From the IMG/VR virus record IMGVR_UViG_3300028864_000014, positions 124,001 to 188,000 of that record: a DNA stretch of 64,000 nt; one strand, given 5' to 3'. The notes under the pieces were generated by a model. That model was not told the DNA's origin and searched no databases. It saw only the letters and a program-made list of their open reading frames with translations. The translations under genes and the position numbers were made by a program. Below, piece by piece: positions 11,014 to 22,407 of this stretch. Every line of letters begins with the position of its first letter. Position 1 is the stretch's first letter.

Positions 11014-11187
11014 ATGGATTTTCAAACTGGTATATATGTAGGATTACTTATTATTTTTGTTATAGTTGTATTAATATCACAATTATATAAAATCTCTAAT
11101 GACGGAAAGAAAGATATTCTTGATGAAATGTTTAATAACGGTGACATTTCAACAGAATCATACAAAAAATATAAAAATAAATTATGA
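11014..11187 (+). CDS. 57-aa membrane protein with SHOCT-like tail (not in ORF track)
   Basis: MDFQTGIYVGLLIIFVIVVLISQLY...LDEMFNNGDISTESYKKYK. Confidence 0.55.
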   Translation: MDFQTGIYVGLLIIFVIVVLISQLYKISNDGKKDILDEMFNNGDISTESYKKYKNKL

Positions 11188-13252
11188 AAGTAAAAAAATG
11201 TGATTTTACGCTCAAAGTATCAAATACAGTAGAGTGGTTGAAAGATATGGATGAATGGACATGTCCATTAAGTATATCAGTTTGGATAAAAAAAGATGAA
11301 TGTATGTATGATCAACATTTTACTGAGGATTTTCCAATATTAGATGATTTGGAAATTGAAGAACCTGGTGAAGGCGATATGTACTACTACGGAGAAACCC
11401 CAGTCACACCAGAAGAAATGGTAATAAAATTACAGAAATTAGGATTTGAAGCAGAAATATTCACAAAACCAAATTTTGATTAAATTTATCATGGAAGAAG
11501 AAATCGTAAAATCATATAATTTTATGTGATTTTACCGAACTATATTATGATATCAGAATAAATTAAAAATTAAAAATATGAGTAAATATAAAATAACACA
11601 AGAATTATTAGTTAAAGTAAAATTACTTTATCCTGATTGTGATGTTTTTGAATCTAAAATAAAAAAAGACTTTATTGGAGTACGTAGGTTTCTTGGTAAA
11701 TCAAAATACTACAGAGATGATAAAACAACATTTGAAGTTGATATGACATCAGTTGATTATTTTCATGTAGCAGAAGCTATTTTAGACACTAATAACTTAT
11801 AATATGATAACTAAAACTTTGAACAATAAAACCTTTATATTCAAAGACTATGAAGAGCCAGACTATAAAGAAATTTCATATGAAGGCAAAACATACAAAT
11901 ATAAACAAGGTGAAAACCAATACGGAAATAAAACATATTTTTACTATGGCACTACTCATAATAAATATAATAAATATTTATTTTTTGGACCTATAATAGT
12001 AGAAACTGAGCCAAAATTATTATTTGAAATATATGGTCATATTGAATCTGAAATATTCACTAAGAATGAAGTACGAAATAACATTAAAGAAAAAGTAGAT
12101 TTGATAAATAGAAGAGCAGAAATAAAAAGAGGAGAAATAATTTGAGATGAATAAAAATTATGATGATGGAAATTGGAATTGGAAATATGAATGCATATAT
12201 GCAAATGAGACAAATGATCCAAATGATTATTATTATGTAATAGAATTTGATTCTTCAAATGATTATGATTTCAACCCAGTTGATATTACATGTTTTTATA
12301 AACCTCTTGAAAATGTATTAGAAATACACAAAGAAAATACATTAATTAATTTTTTTGTTGAAAATTTTTCTGATATTAAGAATATACTAAATCCAATGAT
12401 TAAATCATATAACGCAATCACATATCCAATATACGTAAGCAAAAAATCAATAAGAAGAGATAAATTAAATAATCTATCATGACATCAAAAGATATATGCA
12501 ATAGAATATTATTCATTGATAATAGAATCTTCGGATTGAAAATACTTATGAATCGTTATTCACTTAGTAATGATGAATATTTGGAATCATATAATAGCAA
12601 AGTTGAATTTGAAGAGGAAATAAAAAAACTTGAAAAAAACTTAAAATTAAATAGAATAAGAAAAGAAAAATTAAAAGAATTAAATGACATCAAAAGATAT
12701 TTACAATAGAATAATTAAAATAGAAACTTCATTATTCGGACTTAAAATTATTGTCAATAGCAATTATGGAATTAATTGTAATCATATAGAAGCTATTAAT
12801 GAAATTATTGAGTTAAAAAGAGAATTGTATATATTGAAAGATAAATTAATTAATATTAATATAAGAAAAGAAAAATTAAAAAATCTCAATAACATATGAT
12901 TGATTATAGCAAAGATATAATATTATCAAGAGAAATGAAAACTGTACATGAACAAATGTCTGACAAATTATACGAAAATGTGAGATTGCTATGTAACGTA
13001 GAAACAAGAAATAAACAAATATACGTCTCATTATTTAATTACAATTATTTTAATTATGAGTATCCTTATTTTGATGATCATGACGTAATATATAAAGTAG
13101 ATAATGAAGATTTCTATAAAAACTTTAAAAAAATAAGAAAAATCAAAGGAGATTATAATAATTCATACAAACCAATAAAATTTAAAACTGAACTTGAATG
13201 CCTAATATATTTGAAATCAATAGGTATTGATGAAGTTAGCCTAAATAATTAA
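11184..13252 (+). other. run of 7 hypothetical ORFs; 12479-12709 and 12684-12899 are tandem paralogues
   Basis: The paralogues both start MTSKDI.NRI...GLKI and end IRKEKLK.L. Confidence 0.75.
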
Positions 13253-13269
13253 AAATAATTACATGAAAG

Positions 13270-13301
13270 TTTGGTAAATTGAAAACTTTTTTGTACTTTT
13301 G
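13270..13301 (+). promoter_or_regulatory. Bacteroidota sigma-A promoter of the tRNA-Leu operon
   Basis: TTTG (13270-13273), 20 nt, TACTTTTG (13294-13301). Confidence 0.8.
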
Positions 13302-13355
13302 TACTACATAATAAAAATAGAAAAAAATCACATTTTTAAGATAATATATACTGAT

Positions 13356-13448
13356 ATGAAAAACTACAATAACATAATGAACTTGCTACTCTCAAACCTA
13401 TTATTACAGAATAATCGGACTGAGAATATTATGTCATATCTATTGTAA
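13356..13448 (+). CDS. Leu-rich attenuator leader peptide, MKNYNNIMNLLLSNLLLQNNRTENIMSYLL (30 aa, below the ORF-track cutoff)
   Basis: 8 of 30 residues are Leu, in two LLL runs and one LL; codons TTG CTA CTC / CTA TTA TTA / CTA TTG. Confidence 0.8.
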   Translation: MKNYNNIMNLLLSNLLLQNNRTENIMSYLL

Positions 13449-13508
13449 CAAATAATATAAGCATATTTAAAAACCTCAGTCATTTATTTGACTGAGGTTT
13501 TTTCTTTT
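13383..13508 (+). promoter_or_regulatory. ribosome-mediated transcription attenuator (1:2 protector, 2:3 antiterminator, 3:4 terminator)
   Basis: 1:2 = 13390-13425 (tctca..cc.attatt-acag-aataat.gg..tgaga); 2:3 = gactgag 13418-13424 with ctcagtc 13475-13481; 3:4 = aaaaacctcagtca 13469-13482 with tgactgaggttttt 13489-13502, then a U-run. Confidence 0.82.
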
Positions 13509-13518
13509 ATAATAAAAT

Positions 13519-13603
13519 GCTCTGATGGTGGAATTGGCGATACACGAAGGTCTTAAAAACCTTTACATTAGAAACGATGCGGGTCCGAATCCCGCTCAGA
13601 GTA
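13519..13603 (+). tRNA. tRNA-Leu(TAA) #1
   Basis: Acceptor GCTCTGA/TCAGAGT, anticodon arm AAGGT-CTTAAAA-ACCTT, long variable arm, T-arm GCGGG-TCCGAAT-CCCGC, A73. Confidence 0.92.
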
Positions 13604-13608
13604 CAAAT

Positions 13609-13695
13609 GTTCCTGTGATGAAATTGGTAGCACATGCAAGACTTAAAATTTTGTGGATAGTAATATCCGTGTCGGTTCAAGTCCGACCAGGAATA
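13609..13695 (+). tRNA. tRNA-Leu(TAA) #2
   Basis: Acceptor GTTCCTG/CAGGAAT, CAAGA-CTTAAAA-TTTTG, long variable arm, T-loop TTCAAGT, A73. Confidence 0.92.
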
Positions 13696-13705
13696 CAAAA
13701 AAAAT

Positions 13706-13791
13706 GCTGATGTGGCGAAATGAATACGCGGCAGTCTAAGAAACTGTTTCTGAACAAAGTAAGAATGTGGGTTCAAGTCCCACCATCAGTA
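13706..13791 (+). tRNA. tRNA-Leu(AAG)
   Basis: Acceptor GCTGATG/CATCAGT, GCAGT-CTAAGAA-ACTGT, long variable arm, T-loop TTCAAGT, A73. Confidence 0.88.
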
Positions 13792-13798
13792 CAATAAT

Positions 13799-13872
13799 GA
13801 CTGAGTGATGTAATTGGTAACCATGTCATCCTCAAAAGGTGAATTTTGTGGGTCCGAATCCCATCTCAGTTA
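13799..13872 (+). tRNA. tRNA with Leu anticodon CAA and a short variable loop
   Basis: Acceptor GACTGAG/CTCAGTT, TCATC-CTCAAAA-GGTGA, 5-nt variable loop, T-loop TCCGAAT, A73. Confidence 0.85.
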
Positions 13873-13880
13873 CAAAAAAT

Positions 13881-13970
13881 GTTCCAGTGGCGAAACTTGG
13901 TTGAGACGCGTTAGATTTAGGATCTAATACAGTTAATGACACACTGCGGGTCCAAATCCCGCCTGGAATA
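13881..13970 (+). tRNA. tRNA-Leu(TAG)
   Basis: Acceptor GTTCCAG/CTGGAAT, TTAGA-TTTAGGA-TCTAA, long variable arm, T-loop TCCAAAT, A73. Confidence 0.92.
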
Positions 13971-13971
13971 C

Positions 13972-14014
13972 AAAGTGTGAGTCAATTTTATTATAAAAAT
14001 TGACTCACACTTTT
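13972..14014. terminator. bidirectional intrinsic terminator between the tRNA operon and the convergent late-type operon
   Basis: 18-bp arms aaagtgtgagtcaatttt/aaaattgactcacacttt. Confidence 0.88.
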
Positions 14015-14021
14015 AAATATA

Positions 14022-14450
14022 TCATAGATTAAATTTCTTTGTAGTATCTACTATATTTTTTCTATATAGATAATCTTTCATTTCTTCGTCTGTTAGGTGT
14101 CTAATATATCCTGTTGGAACCCATGCAAAGAAATCGTGTTCATCTATATCAGATAGTGAATTTCTTAATGCATACCCATAATACCATTCATAATTAACTA
14201 GCACATATTCTTTACTATAATCATTATCAGTAAATTTGTCAGTCGTCTTTTTTTCATTATGTCTATTATATAATACTGAGTCTAATTTTTCAATATATTC
14301 TTTATCTAATTTAACTATATCACCATCATAAACACCAGTATGAAATTCTGGCCTTTTTATATAAAAAATCTCACCATATGTTTCATCTTTTGTTGGTTCT
14401 CTTTGCCATATATCTTTTGATTCATTTATGAATTGGTCATATTTTTTCAT
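14022..14450 (-). CDS. hypothetical protein, CTS-like leader plus KFNL tag
   Basis: MKKYDQFINE|SK...TTKKFNL*. Confidence 0.8.
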   Translation of the reverse strand: MKKYDQFINESKDIWQREPTKDETYGEIFYIKRPEFHTGVYDGDIVKLDKEYIEKLDSVLYNRHNEKKTTDKFTDNDYSKEYVLVNYEWYYGYALRNSLSDIDEHDFFAWVPTGYIRHLTDEEMKDYLYRKNIVDTTKKFNL

Positions 14451-14878
14451 ATATTAAATTTATTTGCGTCTTTTTTTATTTTAAATAATTCTTCTGCACC
14501 TTTTAATCCAATTTTCAAAAATTCATCTAATGGAATAATAACATTATCATGACTACGAATATCAAATGATCTCATTTTAACTAAATCTATTGTATCTCTT
14601 AGATTTTCTGAATCACTCCAACTTTCATATACTTTAATATACCATATCCATTTGATATCAGAATCTTTATAATATTCAATATCGGATTTATTTATCAATA
14701 AATTTTTTATAGTATGTTGATCTAAATTTGCATATTTATTAAATTCATCAAATGCTTCATATTGTTTTTCTTCTGTTACATTTTCTAATAATATAAAAAA
14801 ATTAAAATCCATACCATTAGATTTGCCTATTTTTCCATATGCTCTATTTTCATTAATATATTGATCAAAACTTTTCAT
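14447..14878 (-). CDS. hypothetical protein, CTS-like leader plus KFNI tag
   Basis: MKSFDQYINE|NR...DANKFNI*. Confidence 0.8.
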   Translation of the reverse strand: MKSFDQYINENRAYGKIGKSNGMDFNFFILLENVTEEKQYEAFDEFNKYANLDQHTIKNLLINKSDIEYYKDSDIKWIWYIKVYESWSDSENLRDTIDLVKMRSFDIRSHDNVIIPLDEFLKIGLKGAEELFKIKKDANKFNI

Positions 14879-15321
14879 AGATTAAATTTTTCTGAATTTT
14901 TTATTGATAGATATTTTTCATATTGTTCTGTATATTCAGACATTATCATATCCATGTAAACTTTGGTATTTTTAATATAGAATAAAAAATCCTCGTCATT
15001 ATCGTCTTTTAAGTTCCAATTTGACCCTGCTTCTATTAATATTTTAATGATATTAATATTCTTTCTCATAGCAGCATAATGTAATGCTGTTCTTTCATAG
15101 GCATCTTGATAGTTAACATCAGCACCTTTTTCAATTAAATATTTAACTATATCTATTCTATTATTATCTGCAGCTAATATTAATGATGAATATCCATATT
15201 TATTTATATTATTCACATCAACTTTTTTATTTTCTATGAATTCTATTACTACATTCAAATCTCCTTCACGACAAGCATCAGATAATTTTTCATATGATTC
15301 AAACATTTTTATATATTTCAC
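14875..15321 (-). CDS. ankyrin-repeat protein, CTS-like leader plus KFNL tag
   Basis: GYSSLILAA...IVKYLIEKGADVN, ERTALHYAA...IIKILIEAGSN. Confidence 0.9.
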   Translation of the reverse strand: MKYIKMFESYEKLSDACREGDLNVVIEFIENKKVDVNNINKYGYSSLILAADNNRIDIVKYLIEKGADVNYQDAYERTALHYAAMRKNINIIKILIEAGSNWNLKDDNDEDFLFYIKNTKVYMDMIMSEYTEQYEKYLSIKNSEKFNL

Positions 15322-15935
15322 ACCGTAGTTTTATTTTTTAATTTTGAAATTGCTTTTTTCATTATATCAATTGTCAAATTACTAATTTCCATTATATTAA
15401 AATCTCCTTCAATTTCTGTGTTATGAGGATGTTCAATTTTAATTGACACTTTACTTAATGGTTTGCTTCCAATTACTTTTTGAGAATCATCTACTAATAT
15501 ATCAGCATACTTCCATTTATCCATTGATGAGTTAGCAAAAATAATATCATCATATTTGAATCCATAATGATCTAACCATTTTTTAGCTGATTCTTTTGAT
15601 TCTTCTGTAGGTTGTTTAGTTACAATATTTAAAGTAAATCCATAAGTTTTTACGAAGTCGTATATATTATTAATTGTATCAACTGCTCCTTTATATGGTT
15701 GTGCAATATCAAAAACTTCGGATTTTTTATTATCAAACCAAGTTTTAGATGATTCACCATTATAGTCCATTGTTTCATACCAATGCCAATTTTGATCCTG
15801 AGTTATTTCTTTATCTGGAAAGTATTTTTTATATAAGGTGTTGTATGCATTGACAAAATCACATATTGTACCATCAATATCAATTCCAATTGTTATTTTA
15901 TTTGTAAATGTTTCAAACATTTTTAGATGTTTCAT
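15318..15935 (-). CDS. 5'(3')-deoxyribonucleotidase (NT5C-like HAD) with CTS-like leader
   Basis: IGIDIDGTICD, PYKGAVD, IVTKQP, ILVDDS. Confidence 0.8.
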   Translation of the reverse strand: MKHLKMFETFTNKITIGIDIDGTICDFVNAYNTLYKKYFPDKEITQDQNWHWYETMDYNGESSKTWFDNKKSEVFDIAQPYKGAVDTINNIYDFVKTYGFTLNIVTKQPTEESKESAKKWLDHYGFKYDDIIFANSSMDKWKYADILVDDSQKVIGSKPLSKVSIKIEHPHNTEIEGDFNIMEISNLTIDIMKKAISKLKNKTTV

Positions 15936-16201
15936 ATATTAAATTTATCTGTATTTTTTTTAATTTTAACAAATTGCTGTAATCTTTTTTTGCTACCTGA
16001 AAAATCTAACAGATAAGATTTATTTATCCTAAATCCAAGATTTGTTTCATATGAATCCCAATATACATTTATAATTTTATGAACAGTATAATTATATAGA
16101 TTGTGCATTTTTCCATCAAATGTTATAGGGCAGTCAAAAATAGCGTAATCTCCTACTTTTGGCTCATTTGGTTTATTTTCAAATGTTTTCAGATGTTTCA
16201 T
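15932..16201 (-). CDS. hypothetical protein, CTS-like leader plus KFNI tag
   Basis: MKHLKTFE|NK...NTDKFNI*. Confidence 0.8.
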   Translation of the reverse strand: MKHLKTFENKPNEPKVGDYAIFDCPITFDGKMHNLYNYTVHKIINVYWDSYETNLGFRINKSYLLDFSGSKKRLQQFVKIKKNTDKFNI

Positions 16202-16214
16202 ATTGTTGATTTTA

Positions 16215-16275
16215 TTTATATATAAATTATTTGAATATTATTTATTAAAAATGTGTTAATTTATTTTTATATATA
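16215..16275. promoter_or_regulatory. divergent pair of candidate late promoters
   Basis: Palindrome TTTATATATAAA at 16215-16226 (minus strand reads TATATAAATA, containing the T4 late consensus TATAAATA); TTATATATA at 16267-16275. Confidence 0.5.
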
Positions 16276-16300
16276 ACATAATAAAAATAAATTAATAATC

Positions 16301-16483
16301 ATGAAAACAAAATTAGAAAACTTATTAAGTTTTACTGATTTTACTGGCAATTATAATCCAAAACAAACCACTAAAACCAAACGAACAGAAACAGGAGTAG
16401 ATGTAATAAAAGAAAATATAGAAGACAAAGAAGAAGATAAAGATTTTTCTCATGTATTTGACTCTGAGCTTGATAAAGAATAA
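16301..16483 (+). CDS. small hypothetical protein
   Basis: MKTKLENLLSFTDF...; followed by a hairpin at about 16494-16522. Confidence 0.6.
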   Translation: MKTKLENLLSFTDFTGNYNPKQTTKTKRTETGVDVIKENIEDKEEDKDFSHVFDSELDKE

Positions 16484-16693
16484 CATAAAAATAAAAAAGA
16501 GAATCACATTGATTCTCTTTTTTATATTAAAGTTTTTTATTTTTCATACAATTCACATATAGCTATACCAGTTGTTACATCATAAGATGTTATTTCACCT
16601 ATAATATTAGAATAATCATCTTCTGATACTAGTGTACTCACAACATCTTCAATTATTAATTCTTTTTCAAGTTGAATTTTTATTTCCATTTAC

Positions 16694-16888
16694 TTAATAT
16701 TTATTTTCTATTTTCTTCAATTTCATTTTTCTCAATTCTAATTTATCATAATATAAAAATGTAATTGTTATATAATCACTTTCTTGAGTTTGAACAACAT
16801 TAAATATTTCAAAATTCTCATTCACAAGCCAATCATTAATTTTCTCTTCCAATGTTGATTTATTGGAATTTATAACTTTACATTTCAT
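16694..16888 (-). CDS. small hypothetical protein with RKxKL tag
   Basis: Ends LRKMKLKKIENKY. Confidence 0.65.
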   Translation of the reverse strand: MKCKVINSNKSTLEEKINDWLVNENFEIFNVVQTQESDYITITFLYYDKLELRKMKLKKIENKY

Positions 16889-17015
16889 AGATTAAAAATA
16901 TTTTTATAACCTATATATTATATCTTATTGAGTCATTCAAAAAGTTTATTAAAATTACTCAAATTTATCGTAATAAAAAAATTATATATAATAAAAAATC
17001 ATAAACTTTTTAATA

Positions 17016-18407
17016 ATGAATAAAAATAAACTCGTTTTAAAATCTAAATATAATACAAATAGATATTATATTAATTTTTCAAAAACAAATGGAAAAATAA
17101 TATTGGGTCCAAATTCAATTTTAAATCCAACCAATTATACTCTAAATGAATCTAATAATGACTTGACTATGGAAAATAATAATTATGAACCAAAAGACAA
17201 TTCTTCATTAGTAAAAAACTTAAAAATGAGTACAAACTTATTTAATAATACTATAATAGAAAATAATAATCATATATATCCAAAAAATGCAATTTTTATA
17301 AGTGCATCAGAAACTACTACAACTACATTTACAACTCTTGTACCTACAACCACAACAACTACAACTCTTGTACCTACAACCACAACAACTACAACTCTTG
17401 TACCTACAACTACCACAACAACTCTTGTACCTACAACTACCACAACAACTCTTGTACCTACAACTACCACAACAACTCTTGTACCTACAACCACAACCAC
17501 TACAACTCTTGTACCTACAACCACAACAACTACAACTCTTGTACCTACAACCACAACAACTACAACTCTTGTACCTACAACTACCACAACAACTACTACT
17601 ATAGTTCCTGAAACAACAACCACAACATCAACAACCACAGTTATTATTTCGACTTTTTCTGAATCAATAGAAAATAGCATTTCAACTACAACATCAACAA
17701 CTAAAAAAGAATTAAAAGCAGAATTGAGTATGATTAATAATCATACACTAAAACTAATTATATCTGGTGGTTCTCCTAACTATAATTATTCATTTACATC
17801 AACAATCACAAGTGGAAGTTGTGTCGGCTGTTTTGTCACTAATCCGTCAGAAGGAATTATTTCTATTGATGGAGGCTCAACAATTAAAATATTTAACTAT
17901 GCAGAAATTTCTGGAATGAATTATGGCATATCATCTACTGTAACAGATAGTAATGGGAACACAGTAGAATCAAATATTATATCTCCATTAATATGCTTAG
18001 TACCAGAAACATTAATAACAATGTTTGATAATACCACAAAAAAATTAAAAGATATTATAATAGGAGATGAATTATTAACAATTGATAATAATAAATTAGT
18101 TATGACAAAAGTAATTGGAAAAAGCTTACATGTTGCAAATGAAACAATTAGTATAAATAATGAATTATTAGAGTCATCTTTATCACACAATCATTTAATA
18201 AGAAAAAATGGATTAATTGAAAAAGTTAATGGTTATAATTTAAAATTAGGTGATAAATTAATAGACATAAACAATAATGATGTAATTATTGAAAAAATAA
18301 AACTTAATAATTCGCCTCATGATGTAATTAATATATCTACTGAATTAGGTACATATATAGCAAATAACATTCTTACTCACAACAAATCAGAATGTCAACA
18401 AATATAA
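17016..18407 (+). CDS. Thr-rich repeat protein with C-terminal Hint (BIL-like) autoprocessing domain
   Basis: Hint 17994-18383: CLVPETLITM...KDIIIGDEL...SLSHNHLI...LKLGDKL...INISTELGTYIANNILTHN; 7-aa C-tail. Confidence 0.8.
   Translation: MNKNKLVLKSKYNTNRYYINFSKTNGKIILGPNSILNPTNYTLNESNNDLTMENNNYEPKDNSSLVKNLKMSTNLFNNTIIENNNHIYPKNAIFISASETTTTTFTTLVPTTTTTTTLVPTTTTTTTLVPTTTTTTLVPTTTTTTLVPTTTTTTLVPTTTTTTTLVPTTTTTTTLVPTTTTTTTLVPTTTTTTTTIVPETTTTTSTTTVIISTFSESIENSISTTTSTTKKELKAELSMINNHTLKLIISGGSPNYNYSFTSTITSGSCVGCFVTNPSEGIISIDGGSTIKIFNYAEISGMNYGISSTVTDSNGNTVESNIISPLICLVPETLITMFDNTTKKLKDIIIGDELLTIDNNKLVMTKVIGKSLHVANETISINNELLESSLSHNHLIRKNGLIEKVNGYNLKLGDKLIDINNNDVIIEKIKLNNSPHDVINISTELGTYIANNILTHNKSECQQI
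17334..17609 (+). repeat. coding tandem repeat, 9 x LVP-T(6-8) (27/30-bp units) plus IVP
   Basis: actcttgtacct at 17334, 17364, 17394, 17421, 17448, 17475, 17505, 17535, 17565. Confidence 0.95.
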
Positions 18408-18502
18408 TTAATAATTATTAACTATTAAATAAATTTCTGATGATATGTTAGTTACTTATTTAGTTATTTATTTTTATATATAATAAAAAATAATTTATAA
18501 AC

Positions 18503-19332
18503 ATGAATAATATCGAAAAACATGCAAAAGTTTGGATAAATAATAATTGGGTAAATTTTAAAATAAAAACAGGAGTACATACCAATATTGTAACATTTTT
18601 AGATAATAATAATTTATCTTTTATTAAAGAAAATCCTATTGATTTTAATAAAATTCCATTACCAATCCGTGGAAACGGAAAAAGTACAAATTTATTAGAT
18701 TATTTATCTAAGAATAAGAATAATATGAATTTAATACATTCTTTTTTATTTTATTTTATAAACAGTTTAGATTTTAGATATGAAAATGGAAATAAAATAA
18801 AAATAAAAGTAATAAATAATCCAGATTGGAAGAAATCTAATATTATAGTAGAACCTCAATATAGTAATACATTAACAGTAGATTCAACAATGATAACTGT
18901 AGATTCAACATTAATTGTGGCAAATTCAACAATAACAGCAGATTCTATAGTTTAATATTAGAATTATATAATATTTATATATACAAAAAAAAATAAAATA
19001 AAATGACAAATTTAATATCCCTAAGTGAAGGTGTTTGGATGCCAAAAGATAGAGTATTTCCAACAGAAGATCAGAAAAAAATATTATCAAGTACTAACAG
19101 TGGAGACACCGCAGCTAAAAATGATATCTTAGCTTTAATAAAATCTGGCAACACTGCAAATCAAGTTGATGTTGATAAAGCTAAAGAAGCTTACAATTTG
19201 AAGAAACCTGCATTAGTAAATCCAACTGATGTTTATAAATTTATCGCATCTGCAGTAACTATCGAAGGTGATACAGTAACTGGATTTATAAATTATTCAA
19301 TGAATGGTGTTATAAATAAAATAAATTTTTAA
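18503..19332 (+). other. two hypothetical ORFs in the structural block (18503-18955, 19003-19332)
   Basis: Each preceded by TTATATATA; the first ends in TVDST-type repeats. Confidence 0.7.
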
Positions 19333-19363
19333 CTTATTTCACACATAAAAATAACAATTATGA

Positions 19364-21794
<2,431 letters not shown>

Positions 21795-21829
21795 TAAAAA
21801 AGAGTAGATTAAAATCTACTCTTTTTTTA
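21795..21829. terminator. bidirectional terminator
   Basis: aaaaaagagtagatt/aatctactctttttt. Confidence 0.85.
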
Positions 21830-22405
21830 TAAATTAAATTTTTTAGAATCTCTATATAAAGGATAATATTTAGTATTAATTTCATCATATTCTTTCCAAG
21901 TGGTTTGAAAAATATATCCAAAGTTTTCTACATATTCATTATTTTTAGCCATATCAGCAAATAGTTTGTGATTATTTATACATCTCTTAATAAAAAATTC
22001 TCCTTTTCCTATAACAGAACTTATTAAGTCAAAATATCCGTCATCTGATGGCATAAAGGTTGAATATTTATTATCTAACCAAGTAGGTTTAAAATATAAA
22101 TAAAGTTCTTCTGTTAACTTATCATATTCCTTTCTAAAATTTATAATGGTATCGTATTCAAAATTTTTGAATACTCTTATTTTCAATTTTAATTCTTCTT
22201 CTTTATCTTTATTTTCAAATTCATCCTTAGTTTTAATTATTTTATTCCAATTAGCGACAGTTATAAATTTCCAAAATTCATCACTATAATTATTAACATT
22301 CGGTTTATTAGATCTAATAACATCACCATTATTATTCGAATATATAAGGTTACCATTATTATCATAATAATCAATTTTTTCAAAAATATTAAAATTTGTT
22401 ATCAT
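21827..22405 (-). CDS. hypothetical protein, CTS-like leader plus KFNL tag
   Basis: MITNFNIFE...DSKKFNL*; contains SDDGYFDLISSVIGKGE. Confidence 0.8.
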   Translation of the reverse strand: MITNFNIFEKIDYYDNNGNLIYSNNNGDVIRSNKPNVNNYSDEFWKFITVANWNKIIKTKDEFENKDKEEELKLKIRVFKNFEYDTIINFRKEYDKLTEELYLYFKPTWLDNKYSTFMPSDDGYFDLISSVIGKGEFFIKRCINNHKLFADMAKNNEYVENFGYIFQTTWKEYDEINTKYYPLYRDSKKFNL

Positions 22406-22407
22406 AT

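Noticed and set aside
13507-13776. ORF-track entries 13507-13776(-) and 13525-13710(+)
   Set aside because: They overlie clear tRNA genes and are chance frames in GC-richer RNA sequence
17270-17680. Val-rich (-) and LQP-rich (+) ORFs over the Thr repeat; likewise the CPG/LVQ/SLSR ORFs at 27503-27793
   Set aside because: Alternative frames of coding tandem repeats
17994-18383. Canonical protein-splicing intein
   Set aside because: Residue +1 after His-Asn is Lys, not Cys/Ser/Thr; the C-extein is only 7 aa and there is no endonuclease, so it is treated as a Hint/BIL cleavage domain
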